A stretch of 64,000 bases of DNA. It comes from an uncultured Nitrospiraceae bacterium (GTDB taxonomy: Bacteria; Nitrospirota; Thermodesulfovibrionia; Thermodesulfovibrionales; SM23-35). The stretch is from positions 1,308-65,307 of the forward strand of contig CAKZPA010000042.1 of assembly GCA_937138415.1 (NCBI GenBank), in the 5' to 3' direction. This document shows, one piece after another, positions 50,632 to 63,318 of this stretch (position 1 is the first letter of the stretch; each line of letters starts with the position of its first letter). Made by a program: the position numbers and the translations under genes. The notes beneath the pieces are model-generated. The model searched no databases, was not told the origin of the DNA, and worked only from the letters and a program-made list of their open reading frames with translations.

Positions 50632-50894
50632 TCGCGTTTGCGGGAGAAAAAAGTTTCACCGTTTTTTCACACTCTCTTCATCATTTCTTCATAAACGCGG
50701 GATAGAGTATAATACGTACGGTGCAACGTAACATAGATGTTCTTTATGCTATTTCAATTGGTGCACCAACCCTCCTGGCAGCCATATTCCCCCCTCTGGC
50801 TGCCTTACCTCTCCACCTGGGAAGGTCAAGCCTGTGTTGCGCGATCAAGACGGTTTACCACATGCCGAGTGAGCGTGCGAGGCACGCTGCCACC

Positions 50895-51521
50895 TCACAG
50901 AAAACCGAATAAATGGAGGCACTCTTTCAGGAAGAGGATAGCAAATCCCATGAGGATGAGCCCTGTCGTTCTGATCAGTACACGGTAGGCTCTCCCCTGG
51001 AGAAATTGCCGCGATATGCCGACGAGCACAGCGAGAAGCATCTTCGATCCGATCAGGAGGAGATAGAACCCGATCACGAATGAGACCGCGACATCTAATC
51101 CCCGCTCATGCGCTTTCATGAGGATCGGAGACCCGATCGTCAGCCAGAAAAGGTAGGGATGAGGGCTCAGAAGATTGGTCATCACTCCCCGGCGGAGAGC
51201 CTTCCCTTTCGCGTCCTGAATGGAGAGGCTGACCGCTTTCAGCGACATGTTCTTGTAGGCGAGATGCCCGATAAACAAACTGCCCGCGAGGGATATGCCC
51301 CCGAGGAAGAGATTCGAATGCGTGACGCACGAGAGGACCGACAGGGAGAGGAAGATAATCGGCACATCGGTGACGGCGGGTGCCGCAGAGACCATAAGCC
51401 CCGCCTTCCTTCCGTGGAGCAATGTCTCTGATAGAACGAGAGCGACGAGCGGCCCCGGAGAGACGCCTGCAGCGAGTCCGAGCAGCACGCCGGAAGCAAA
51501 AAACTGGATTGAATCTGTCAC
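50895..51521 (-). CDS. LysE/RhtB-family amino-acid exporter
   Basis: 208 aa with 5-6 TM helices. The N-terminus FFASGVLLGLAAGVSPGP is typical of LysE translocators. Confidence 0.8.
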   Translation of the reverse strand: MTDSIQFFASGVLLGLAAGVSPGPLVALVLSETLLHGRKAGLMVSAAPAVTDVPIIFLSLSVLSCVTHSNLFLGGISLAGSLFIGHLAYKNMSLKAVSLSIQDAKGKALRRGVMTNLLSPHPYLFWLTIGSPILMKAHERGLDVAVSFVIGFYLLLIGSKMLLAVLVGISRQFLQGRAYRVLIRTTGLILMGFAILFLKECLHLFGFL

Positions 51522-51571
51522 GTCCTTCTCCTTGACACCTCAAAAGTCAAAAGTGTAAAGTTATCCTCGGA

Positions 51572-51647
51572 GGGCAGTTAGCTCAGTCGGTAGAGCAGAG
51601 GCCTGAAAAGCCTCGTGTCCGCAGTTCGATTCTGCGACTGCCCACCA
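51572..51647 (+). tRNA. tRNA-Phe (GAA)
   Basis: Cloverleaf folded by hand: GGGCAGT/ACTGCCC acceptor, GCTC/GAGC D stem, GAGGC/GCCTC anticodon stem with loop CTGAAAA, CGCAG/CTGCG T stem, and encoded CCA. Confidence 0.93.
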
Positions 51648-51833
51648 CTCTTCCATCGTTTCCCTCGGCATGCTGTTCCATGACGGCATCGGTTTGGGAA
51701 TAGGTGCGTCGCCGCCGTGGGGAGCGATCACGCGTATTCGCGCAAATCGCGTTTGCCTTTTCGCTCCTCTGTCGATCGAGCGTCACCCGCGCAAAGCAGC
51801 GTGCGGTCTCATCCCGAAGCAGCGCTTTTTTCC

Positions 51834-51862
51834 TTGACAAAGAATTCCCTTTTCGCTAAAAA
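51834..51862 (+). promoter_or_regulatory. putative sigma70 promoter (TTGACA-17 nt-TAAAAA) for mltD
   Basis: A perfect -35 with exact 17-nt spacing. The -10 ends 9 nt before the ATG and there is no SD, implying a leaderless or near-leaderless mRNA. Confidence 0.4.
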
Positions 51863-51871
51863 TCATCTGGC

Positions 51872-53134
51872 ATGAGCAGGCGTATCGCATATATACTGCA
51901 GGTGCTCATTTTTATCCTCGCGACACCCGTTTTTGCTTCCGATGACAACCCCCCCCTCCAGGACGTGCACCCCGTCATTTCGGCGCTCCCGGACGAACAG
52001 CCGAAAAACGGTGTTGCCCTGATTGAAGATTACCATAAAAATGAGGTCGCAGCGGACGCGGTGAGCAAACAAATTGCCCTCTTTACGGAAAAGATCAGGG
52101 AAAAATTCGCCCTTTGGCTCGGCAGATCCGGCAAATATATCGATCTCATGAGCGGCATCCTCAAAGAGCAGAACATTCCGGAAGAAATGGTCTTCCTCTC
52201 CCTCATCGAAAGCGGATTCAACGCACATGCCTACTCGCCTGCGAAAGCCGTTGGGTACTGGCAATTTATCGCGTCGACGGCGAAACGCTACGGGCTCGAG
52301 ATCAACTGGTGGCGTGACGAAAGGAGAGATCCCATAAAGTCGACGATCGCTGCGGCGAGTTACCTCAAAGATCTCTACGAGATGTTCGGCTCGTGGAATC
52401 TGGCCATGGCCGCGTACAACGCGGGCGAGGGGAGAATCATGAAAGCCATCAACCGAACGAAAACCGACGATTTCTGGTCATTGTTAACGACGAACCAGCT
52501 CAAGAGAGAAACGAAGGAGTACGTCCCGAAGTTCATCGCCGCGAGTTTGATCGCTTCCAGCCCCGAACACTATGGGTTCGACGACGTGGAATTCCACGCG
52601 CCACTCGCGTATGAAACGGTGGTCGTGCAGTCGCCCGTCGACCTCGATGTCGCCGCGGCCTGCGCTGAGGTATCCATCGAGGTTATCCGTGAGCTGAACC
52701 CCGAGCTGAAAAGGTGGTGCACGCCGCCCGACACCCGTGAATATCCTCTCAGAATCCCCGTCGGGAAAAGAGACGTCTTTTTGGAAAACCTGTCGCGAAT
52801 TCCCCCGGAAGACCGTTTCACCGTTGACGTCTATACCGTGCGGAAGGGAGATACGTTCAAGCGCATCTCGAAAAAGACAGGCGTCCCCGTCGATGTGATC
52901 CTCGATCTGAACGACATGGAAACGATCATGCCCCTCTCTGCGGGCAAGAAAATTTACCTTCCTCCGAAGGGGAAATACAGGATTGACAAAGGGGATCAGG
53001 CGTTCATCAAGAAGGCCTCTTTGAAGCAGAAAAAACGCGGATCAGCGGCACCAACCAACAAATCGAAGAGGTCTTCGGTGAAGACATCCCATACGCAGAA
53101 GAAGACCCATCCGACACCCGGGAAAAGAATTTAG
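51872..53134 (+). CDS. mltD: lytic murein transglycosylase with LysM domain (MltD-like)
   Basis: 420 aa with a signal peptide, the SLT motif LSLIESGFNAHAYSPAKAVGYWQF, a LysM motif YTVRKGDTFKRISKKTG, and a basic tail. Its TAG stop overlaps the convergent gene's stop (TTAG). Confidence 0.85.
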   Translation: MSRRIAYILQVLIFILATPVFASDDNPPLQDVHPVISALPDEQPKNGVALIEDYHKNEVAADAVSKQIALFTEKIREKFALWLGRSGKYIDLMSGILKEQNIPEEMVFLSLIESGFNAHAYSPAKAVGYWQFIASTAKRYGLEINWWRDERRDPIKSTIAAASYLKDLYEMFGSWNLAMAAYNAGEGRIMKAINRTKTDDFWSLLTTNQLKRETKEYVPKFIAASLIASSPEHYGFDDVEFHAPLAYETVVVQSPVDLDVAAACAEVSIEVIRELNPELKRWCTPPDTREYPLRIPVGKRDVFLENLSRIPPEDRFTVDVYTVRKGDTFKRISKKTGVPVDVILDLNDMETIMPLSAGKKIYLPPKGKYRIDKGDQAFIKKASLKQKKRGSAAPTNKSKRSSVKTSHTQKKTHPTPGKRI

Positions 53135-53829
53135 CCTGCCTTTTTTGCCGAGAGTTTGAGCTCCGCCTCATCCCTGTACGGCGAGGAAGGGAACTTCGCC
53201 ACGAGTTCTTCGTATTTCTTTCGCGCCTCCTCGGCATTCCCCTCTTTCTCGAGGAGCCTGCCGTACTCGATGAGCGCGAAGTCCTTGAAAACGTCCGTCT
53301 TCAATCGGGACATCGCCTCGAGCGCCTTCTTCGCTTCGCCGGGATCCCCCTTCTTCATGGCGATCGCTGCCATCTTGCGGTACGCGAGCGGAAGGAATTC
53401 TTCATCGCCCGAATAACGACGGGCAAATTCTTTCAGCGTCTTCATCGCTTCATCGTACTCACCGAGTTCAAAATGGCAGGCTGCGATGTAGTAGAGCGAG
53501 AAAGGCGATTTTTTTGTCGCGTACGCTTTCGAGAAAATACCCAGGGCATTTCTGTACCGAGATGCTTTGTCCTCCTGCGCCTGGGACGCTCTGCTGTGGT
53601 AAACGTTGTATCCCTGGACTTCGAGCCTTGTCGCCTCGAGGCCCCTGTTATAAGAGTAGAAGAGAAAACCCGCCAGGGCGAGAACGACCACGAGGATGGC
53701 GGCCCCAACCGCGAGAACGGTTCTCCTGCGCTTCGACAAGGTCCCTTTCAGGTCCGAGAGCTTCTCCTGTACTTCCTGCTCCGGCGTCTCGGTTTTTTTC
53801 GGTACCTTTTTCTTGATGGCTTTCGGCAT
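53131..53829 (-). CDS. membrane-anchored TPR protein
   Basis: 232 aa with a basic N-terminus, one TM helix (VLAVGAAILVVVLALAGFLF), and TPR-like repeats. Confidence 0.7.
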   Translation of the reverse strand: MPKAIKKKVPKKTETPEQEVQEKLSDLKGTLSKRRRTVLAVGAAILVVVLALAGFLFYSYNRGLEATRLEVQGYNVYHSRASQAQEDKASRYRNALGIFSKAYATKKSPFSLYYIAACHFELGEYDEAMKTLKEFARRYSGDEEFLPLAYRKMAAIAMKKGDPGEAKKALEAMSRLKTDVFKDFALIEYGRLLEKEGNAEEARKKYEELVAKFPSSPYRDEAELKLSAKKAG

Positions 53830-54485
53830 CAGTTCCTCCCGAGAAATTTCTCCACAAGGGCTTGTGCGTGATCGAATACCGATTCGACGCGGTTCGCGTC
53901 GATTCCCGCCGCGAGGAGTATCGACCTCGCCATTTCCTTCGTGATCAGATCCGACGGGCTATGAGCGTCCGTGTTGACGCAGAGCGGTATGCCGAATCGC
54001 ACCGCCTCCCGCGCCACATGACCATTGGACAGGCAATGCCCTTTCCGGGCGGTTATTTCCAACGTCACCCCCCTCTCCTTCGCGAAGAGCAAATCTTCCT
54101 CGGAAATGAGGCCGGGGTGAGCGAGGATATCCGCATTCGCGTCAATGGCGGCTCGATTGGTTCCCGAAGCGACCGGTTCGACGATCGTCTCCCCGTGCAC
54201 GACGACGACCTTTGCCCCAAGATGCCTCGCCTCCTTCACCAGGTCCGGAATCAACCGGGGCGGCACATGCGTTATTTCGGCCCCCGGGACAATGCGGATC
54301 GGCATAAGCGTTTTCATCTGTTCGATCGCCTTCACGATGCGGGGCACGACAAAATCGATATTGGAACCGTCGACGTGATCCGTTATCGCGATCGCGGAAT
54401 AGCCGACAGCGATCGCCCTCCTGATCAACTCGGAGGGCACCAGTTCACCGTCGCTGAAAATGCTATGCGTATGGAGATCGATCAC
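53829..54485 (-). CDS. PHP-family metal-dependent phosphoesterase
   Basis: 218 aa with MIDLHTHSIFSDG, ITDH and NTDAH motifs. Confidence 0.82.
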   Translation of the reverse strand: MIDLHTHSIFSDGELVPSELIRRAIAVGYSAIAITDHVDGSNIDFVVPRIVKAIEQMKTLMPIRIVPGAEITHVPPRLIPDLVKEARHLGAKVVVVHGETIVEPVASGTNRAAIDANADILAHPGLISEEDLLFAKERGVTLEITARKGHCLSNGHVAREAVRFGIPLCVNTDAHSPSDLITKEMARSILLAAGIDANRVESVFDHAQALVEKFLGRN

Positions 54486-54540
54486 GATTCTAAAACTGTT
54501 ATTTTATCAGAACAATGCCCTTTTTGCACGCCCCGCACGC

Positions 54541-55263
54541 TCAGGGCTCTCCTGCTCTCGCGAGCGTGAGGACGATGACCTCTCTGGCACCTGACCGAAC
54601 GAGCGTTTTCGCGCACTCTCTCACCGTCGCACCGGTCGTCATCACGTCGTCTACGAGCAACAGCTGCTGGCCACGGATATCGTCGTGCACCCCGAATGCG
54701 CCTCTCAGATTCGTCCTCCGTTCCGTCGCCGAGAGTCCGACCTGAGGGAGTGTCTCCCTTTTCTTATGGAGACTATCCATGCGCAATGGAATGCCGAGTT
54801 CTCTTGCGATAACTCGCGCGATGAGGAGCGACTGATTGAACCCTCTCTTGATCAGGCTCGCTCTCGTGAGGGGCACGGGAACGATCCCGTCCGCCCGGGG
54901 AATGTCGAGGGCGAGCATCATCGTGCCGAGCGGCACAGAGAGTCGTTTCCTCCCGTGGAACTTCAAGTGATGGATCGCCTCTGCGAGAACCCCGTCGTAG
55001 AGCCCGAACGAAAGCACCTTCGAAAAATGGGGCGGATCTTGTACGCATGACCGGCAGGCCCGCGCGTGCTCGGACGAAAGCGGCAGAGCGCATATGCTGC
55101 ACGAAGGTCCTGTGTACATACCGATCCCTTCCCAACAGACGCTGCAGAACGGCGCATATCTCCATCGGTCTGACGCATTCGAACAGACGGGACATCGCGA
55201 TGGGTAGAGAATATTGAGCAGAGAGGTGATTATATCGTGTCCGAATCGATCGCTCTTCCGCAT
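54541..55263 (-). CDS. comF: ComF-family phosphoribosyltransferase-like protein
   Basis: N-terminal CPVC...CSVC zinc-finger pairs and the PRT motif LLLVDDVMTTGAT. The start at MRKSDRF is uncertain and overlaps the pilZ-like gene by 34 nt. Confidence 0.8.
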   Translation of the reverse strand: MRKSDRFGHDIITSLLNILYPSRCPVCSNASDRWRYAPFCSVCWEGIGMYTGPSCSICALPLSSEHARACRSCVQDPPHFSKVLSFGLYDGVLAEAIHHLKFHGRKRLSVPLGTMMLALDIPRADGIVPVPLTRASLIKRGFNQSLLIARVIARELGIPLRMDSLHKKRETLPQVGLSATERRTNLRGAFGVHDDIRGQQLLLVDDVMTTGATVRECAKTLVRSGAREVIVLTLARAGEP

Positions 55264-55720
55264 CGTCCGCACCGCGCGCCGAGGGATCGCTTCTCGCGCG
55301 GCACCCTGTTTTTGATGCCGCAGGATGCGCACACCACGACCTCGTGCGTCGAAAACGGACGAGCGCCAGGCCCTTCCTCTCCCCCGCTCAATCCTAGATC
55401 GCGAAGCGATGCGCCCAGAAAGCGCATGAACGTGTCATCTGTTTCCGTCAACTCTACCCCCATCCCGTTCTTCCCCGGCAAGAGAGGATTCTTGATCGTT
55501 CTCCTCACCACTCCTTTGCGCGAAGACAGACGATTATCGGGGGTGACGAGTTGTATGTCAATCAGTGTGCCGGGAGCGAACCCGCGGTTCGTCCTTATGA
55601 AAAGGCCACTCGCAGAAAGGTTGCTGACGATTCCTTTCAATTGGTGTGCGCCGGCGCTAAACGTGACCTCCAACCGCCGGGTGAAACGGGGATGTCTCCG
55701 GTATGCCCTCGTGCGAGCCA

Positions 55721-55721
<1 letters not shown>
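55230..55721 (-). CDS. PilZ-domain protein with C-terminal CxxC...CxxC zinc ribbon
   Basis: 163 aa with the canonical c-di-GMP motifs RRHPR and NLSASG, and a C-terminal CASCG...CGRCG. Its ATG overlaps the purA TAA (TAATG). Confidence 0.75.
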
Positions 55722-58598
<2,877 letters not shown>

Positions 58599-58606
58599 CG
58601 GTCCCC

Positions 58607-59749
58607 CTATTCCATCAATAATTCCTGAGCGACGGCAACGCCCGTACCAAGTTTTACCGGGTAGCCCATCCCCTTGAGGACCATCTCGATTCCCGCTATC
58701 GCTGTGATGATATCGAACCGATCGGCATACCCGAGGTGCGCGATACGGAAAATCTTCCCCTTTGCCCGATCCTGGCCGCCTGCGGCCGTTATGCCGTATT
58801 TCTCGCGGAGATTCTTGTAGACCGCCTGACCGTCTATGCCGGGCGGCGTCATGATCGCGGTCACCGCGTTCGATGGGGATTCCTTCGGATAGAGCTCGAG
58901 ACCGATCGCCTGAACCGCTTTTCTCGTCGCGTTGGCGAGCTTTTCGTGCCGTTTGAAAACGTTCTCCAAACCCTCCGTTTTCAGCATCTGCAGGCCGGCA
59001 TTCAACCCGATGATGAGCGTGACGGGCGACGTGAAATTCGTCTGATTCTTCGCGAGGTTTTCACGCTCTTTTCGGAGATTGAAATAGAACTTCGGCATCC
59101 GGGAGGTCTCCGCCCTCTGCCACGCCTTTTCGCTCACGCTGACGAAAGCGATTCCCGGAGGCAGCATCACCCCTTTCTGCGAGCCTCCCACCATGATATC
59201 GATTCCCCACTCGTCGGTCCTCAGGTCATGTGCGACGAGCGCGCTGATCGCATCGACAATGAAGAGCGTATCGTCGTAGTTCCTGACGATCGACGCCAAG
59301 GTCTGAATGTCGTGGTAGACTCCCGTCGACGTTTCGGACGCTTGAACGAACACCCCCTTTATCGAGCGGTTCTTCCTCAACCTGTCCTCGACCTCTTCCG
59401 GCCGTACGGCATATCCCCACTCCACGGTAATCTCGTCGACCCTGAGCCCGTACGCCTGACAGATCTTCGTCCACCGTTCCCCGAATTTTCCCCCGTTGAC
59501 GACGAGAACCTTGTCGCCCTGATTGAAAAAGTTGTTCACCGCGCTCACCATACCGCCCGTGCCGGTCGATGTGAGGATGAGCACGTCGTTCTTCGTCTGG
59601 TAGAGCCATTGGAGCCCCTTCTTCGCCGAGTCGAGGACCGGTAGAAAGTCGGGAGACCGGTGATGGATGATCGGCGCCGCCATCGACAAGAGAATTTCCG
59701 ACGGCACCGGCGTCGGTCCGGGAGCCAAGAGATATCGTTTCATCATCAA
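58607..59749 (-). CDS. class V aminotransferase (serine-glyoxylate / phosphoserine aminotransferase type)
   Basis: 380 aa with LLAPGPTPVP and the GGSQKGVMLPPG PLP-lysine motif. Its position upstream of serA suggests a SerC-equivalent role. Confidence 0.85.
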   Translation of the reverse strand: MMMKRYLLAPGPTPVPSEILLSMAAPIIHHRSPDFLPVLDSAKKGLQWLYQTKNDVLILTSTGTGGMVSAVNNFFNQGDKVLVVNGGKFGERWTKICQAYGLRVDEITVEWGYAVRPEEVEDRLRKNRSIKGVFVQASETSTGVYHDIQTLASIVRNYDDTLFIVDAISALVAHDLRTDEWGIDIMVGGSQKGVMLPPGIAFVSVSEKAWQRAETSRMPKFYFNLRKERENLAKNQTNFTSPVTLIIGLNAGLQMLKTEGLENVFKRHEKLANATRKAVQAIGLELYPKESPSNAVTAIMTPPGIDGQAVYKNLREKYGITAAGGQDRAKGKIFRIAHLGYADRFDIITAIAGIEMVLKGMGYPVKLGTGVAVAQELLME

Positions 59750-59881
59750 ATATCCTCCTTCACAGACATCGAATGCGCTACTGCATGGACACCAGCAAGG
59801 CTTTCGACGTTAGCATACTGCGTACTTTCGGGTCAAGGATGGTCACTTTACAATGCGTTAATACGCCTATTATAATGGTTT

Positions 59882-61351
59882 ATGGTAAAAAGGAAAATCT
59901 TCGTCGGCATTGCGGTTCTCCTCGTCGGATTCCTCCTCGGTGGAATCACGTTCCACACGATCGGAAAATTCACGAGCCAGGAACGGAGCGCCCCGTCTCA
60001 CGTCACCCCGACCGTTCCGCGCCAGATCATCGAAACGAGCAAGGCTTTTTCCGATATCGTGCGGTCTGTTTCGCCGTCGGTCGTGAATATTTCGACGACA
60101 AAGGTTGTTCGAAAAGAGACAGGCCCATTTTTTGACGATCCGTTTTTCGATTTCTTCGCTCCGTTTCACGATTTCGGCGCGCCGAGGAAGTGGAAGGAGC
60201 GGAGTCTCGGCTCGGGAGTGATCGTCTCGCCGGACGGATATATCGTGACGAACAACCACGTCGTCGAGAAAGCGGATGAAATAAAGGTGACCCTCTTCGA
60301 TAAGAGAGTTTTGAAGGGGCGCATCGTCGGTGCGGATCCGAAGACGGACGTCGCCATTCTGCGCATCGAAGCGAACAACCTCCCCGTCCTCCCGTGGGGC
60401 GATTCGGATAAATTGCAGGTGGGCGAATTCGTCCTCGCGATCGGAAGCCCGTACGGACTGAACAATACCGTGACCATGGGGATTATCAGCGCCGTCGGGA
60501 GGGCCAACGTCGGGATCGCTGACTACGAGGATTTCATCCAGACCGACGCTGCGATCAATCCCGGGAACTCCGGCGGGCCCCTCGTTAACATCACCGGGGA
60601 ACTCATCGGCATCAATACGGCTATCTTCTCCCGGACGGGAGGGTACCAGGGCATCGGGTTCGCCGTTCCGAGCAATATGGTGCGTTCGGTCATGGAACAG
60701 CTCATCCAGAAAGGGAAAGTAACGCGGGGATGGATCGGCGTTACGATACAGGAGCTGACGCCGGAACTCGCCCAGCAGTTCGGCCTCAAGAAGACGAAAG
60801 GGGCCCTCGTGAGCGACGTGATGAAGGACAGCCCCGCTGCGAAGGCGGGCATACAGCGCGGAGATGTCATCATCGAATTTAACGGCAAAGAGGTGAAAGA
60901 CGTGAGCAGTCTCCGCAACCTCGTCGCGCAGAGCAAGGCCGGCAGCGATATCACCCTGAAATTACTCCGCGCGGGGAAAGAACTGACGGTTCAGGTGAAT
61001 ATCGTGGAGATGCCGAGGGAAGTTGCCGAGGTCTCGCAGGAAGTGCTGCCCGGCGAGACACAGCCGCGGGTCTTGACGGGTCTCGCGGTCATGGACCTCA
61101 CGAGGGAGATCGTGCGACAGCTCGGTTTTACGAGCGAGGAGAAAGGGGTCGTCGTCGTGAGGGTGGAGCCGGGAAGCCCGGCCGACGAGGCCGAAATCAG
61201 GAAAGGGGATATCATCAAGGAAGTCAATAAACAGCAGATCGACAGCGTCGCGACGTACAACAGGGTGCTCGCGGGCGTGAAGAGGGACGACTCCGTGCTC
61301 CTCTTCGTCAACCGGGCCGGAAAGAAGTTTTACGTCATCATGAAAGTGTGA
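59882..61351 (+). CDS. degP: periplasmic serine endoprotease DegP/HtrA with two PDZ domains
   Basis: 489 aa with an N-terminal TM/signal segment, a TNNHVV / D / GNSGGPLV catalytic triad context, and two PDZ-like segments. Confidence 0.92.
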   Translation: MVKRKIFVGIAVLLVGFLLGGITFHTIGKFTSQERSAPSHVTPTVPRQIIETSKAFSDIVRSVSPSVVNISTTKVVRKETGPFFDDPFFDFFAPFHDFGAPRKWKERSLGSGVIVSPDGYIVTNNHVVEKADEIKVTLFDKRVLKGRIVGADPKTDVAILRIEANNLPVLPWGDSDKLQVGEFVLAIGSPYGLNNTVTMGIISAVGRANVGIADYEDFIQTDAAINPGNSGGPLVNITGELIGINTAIFSRTGGYQGIGFAVPSNMVRSVMEQLIQKGKVTRGWIGVTIQELTPELAQQFGLKKTKGALVSDVMKDSPAAKAGIQRGDVIIEFNGKEVKDVSSLRNLVAQSKAGSDITLKLLRAGKELTVQVNIVEMPREVAEVSQEVLPGETQPRVLTGLAVMDLTREIVRQLGFTSEEKGVVVVRVEPGSPADEAEIRKGDIIKEVNKQQIDSVATYNRVLAGVKRDDSVLLFVNRAGKKFYVIMKV

Positions 61352-61358
61352 GAAAGGA

Positions 61359-62375
61359 GTGAACACAGTGTTCTACATTTCCCGAATCATTATATTATTG
61401 CTCTTTGTTTTTTCAGGGTATATTATCGGTCTTAAATACAAAGCGGAACTTTTCGGCGCGCTCGCCGGTTTTTTCCTCGGCATGCTTGCGGTCACGGCCG
61501 AGATGAGGTTCAAGAAATTCGAGCTCGGGGCGATCATTTCCGGGTTGTTCGGCATTTCCTGCGGCCTCCTCTTCGCATACCTGGTGATGCTCCCCCTGCA
61601 GATGTTCCTCGGTGATGAGATAAAGACGATCGCGGTGACGCTCATGATCGTCTTCGGGTATGGCGGCCTGCTCATCGGCTTGAGCAGGGGGAAAAATCTC
61701 ACGCTCTCCCGCGTTGTGAGGATGGTGCGCGGACAAGGGCTCGAAGAAAACCCAAAAATTCTCGATACGAGTGCCATCATCGACGGCCGCATTGCAGATA
61801 TTTGTGAAACCGGATTCCTCGAAGGGAGTTTCATCGTGCCGCAATTCATCCTCCAGGAATTGCAGCATATCGCGGATTCTCCCGATCCCCTGAAGCGGGC
61901 TCGGGGCAGGAGAGGCCTCGATGTCCTGCACAGGATTCAGCAGCTTTCCACGATCAACGTCCGCATCATTGAGGAAGACTTCCCGAAAATCAGGGAGGTC
62001 GATGCGAAGCTCGTCGCGGTGGCAAAGGCGTATAACGCGAAAATCATCACGAACGATTTCAACCTGAATAAAGTGGCCGAACTTCAGGGTGTTCCGGTTC
62101 TGAACATCAATGAACTCGCGAATTCACTGAAGCCGGTGGTCCTCCCGGGCGAGACGATGAAGGTCTTCGTCTTGAAGGAAGGGAAAGAATACAACCAGGG
62201 AATCGGCTACCTCGACGACGGAACGATGGTGGTCATCGAGAATGCCCGGCGGCTGATCGGCAAAAATGCGGAAGTGACCGTCACGAGCGTCCTCCAGACG
62301 ACAGCGGGCAGAATGATCTTCTCCAAGGTCAGGGAGGATCATGAACGAGAAGACTTGAAAGTTGCCACGCGATAG
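61359..62375 (+). CDS. membrane-anchored PIN-TRAM domain protein (YacL-like)
   Basis: 338 aa with a GTG start, 4 TM helices, a PIN domain (ILDTSAIIDGRI...TNDFNL), and a C-terminal TRAM-like beta region. Confidence 0.82.
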   Translation: MNTVFYISRIIILLLFVFSGYIIGLKYKAELFGALAGFFLGMLAVTAEMRFKKFELGAIISGLFGISCGLLFAYLVMLPLQMFLGDEIKTIAVTLMIVFGYGGLLIGLSRGKNLTLSRVVRMVRGQGLEENPKILDTSAIIDGRIADICETGFLEGSFIVPQFILQELQHIADSPDPLKRARGRRGLDVLHRIQQLSTINVRIIEEDFPKIREVDAKLVAVAKAYNAKIITNDFNLNKVAELQGVPVLNINELANSLKPVVLPGETMKVFVLKEGKEYNQGIGYLDDGTMVVIENARRLIGKNAEVTVTSVLQTTAGRMIFSKVREDHEREDLKVATR

Positions 62376-62428
62376 ATCGACTCAGTGACACTTTTTCAGG
62401 GACCGCAATATCGTTGCACGTCTCACGC

Positions 62429-62466
62429 GAGGCCATGAGAACGAAGAAAAAAGTCTTCATGGCCTC
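62429..62466 (+). terminator. 10-bp hairpin between yacL-like gene and ispD (possible terminator or attenuator)
   Basis: GAGGCCATGA-18 nt-TCATGGCCTC followed by CTTTCATTC, a weak U-tract. It ends 9 nt before the ispD GTG. Confidence 0.4.
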
Positions 62467-62475
62467 CTTTCATTC

Positions 62476-63216
62476 GTGCGGGACGTCCGGCAGATGAGCG
62501 AGTACGGAACCCCTCACATTACAGCCATTGTCGCGGCAGCGGGGGTCGGGAGTCGATTCGGTCCAGAAAGAGATAAATCCTTCCTCGAACTGAACGGGAA
62601 ACCCCTCGTTCTCTGGTCGGTGGAGACATTGCATGCGATGCCCGAGATTTCCGAGATCATCCCCGTCCTCAGGAGAGAGGATCGCGATCGCGGACAGAGG
62701 TTATTCGAGCAGCACGGCATTACGAAAATTCGAAGGATTGCCGTAGGAGGTCCCGAACGCCAGGACTCCGTTTATAACGGCCTCCTCCTCATCGCGGATG
62801 GTCGCGATCAGATCGTGCTCATCCATGACGCTGCGAGGCCTCTCGCCGAGAGAGAGATGATTCGACGCATGATCGCCGAACTGCTGAGAGAAAAACCATC
62901 GTGCGACGGCGTGATCCCCGCAGTGCCGGTCAAAGACACAATAAAGGAAGTCAAGCGAGACACCATAGTGAGGACCCTCGATCGCGATGCGCTCCGGGCC
63001 GTTCAAACGCCGCAGATCTTCTGGTTCGATAAAATCCTTCGGGTATACGAGCGGGCTCTCGAACAAAAAGAGTTCGCAACCGACGACGCCGCGCTGCTCG
63101 AACGTTACGGCGGGAAAATAAAGGTGACGACGGGATCGTACCGGAACATCAAAATCACGACCCCCGAAGACCTCACCATCGCTGAAGCGTTGGTGCGGGA
63201 GAATCCGCAACGTTGA
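62476..63216 (+). CDS. ispD: 2-C-methyl-D-erythritol 4-phosphate cytidylyltransferase
   Basis: AIVAAAGVGSRFG motif, with IHDAARP and VQTPQ motifs. The start could instead be ATG 62494. Confidence 0.92.
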   Translation: MRDVRQMSEYGTPHITAIVAAAGVGSRFGPERDKSFLELNGKPLVLWSVETLHAMPEISEIIPVLRREDRDRGQRLFEQHGITKIRRIAVGGPERQDSVYNGLLLIADGRDQIVLIHDAARPLAEREMIRRMIAELLREKPSCDGVIPAVPVKDTIKEVKRDTIVRTLDRDALRAVQTPQIFWFDKILRVYERALEQKEFATDDAALLERYGGKIKVTTGSYRNIKITTPEDLTIAEALVRENPQR

Positions 63217-63318
63217 AAAATAAGGCACATTTCCCTTCAGGTCGAAACACAGATGATGAGCGAGGGTACTTTACCCTCTCGTCGCGCAATGCATACATGA
63301 ATCAGCGGAGGTCATAGC

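Noticed and set aside
50770-50860. A resemblance of the minus-strand sequence CCAGGTGGAGAGGTAAGGCAGCCAGAGG to the SRP (4.5S) RNA helix-8 region.
   Set aside because: The conserved GGAA tetraloop and the GGAAGCAGCC symmetric-loop sequence are absent. The local fold is a plain 7-bp hairpin with a 14-nt loop.
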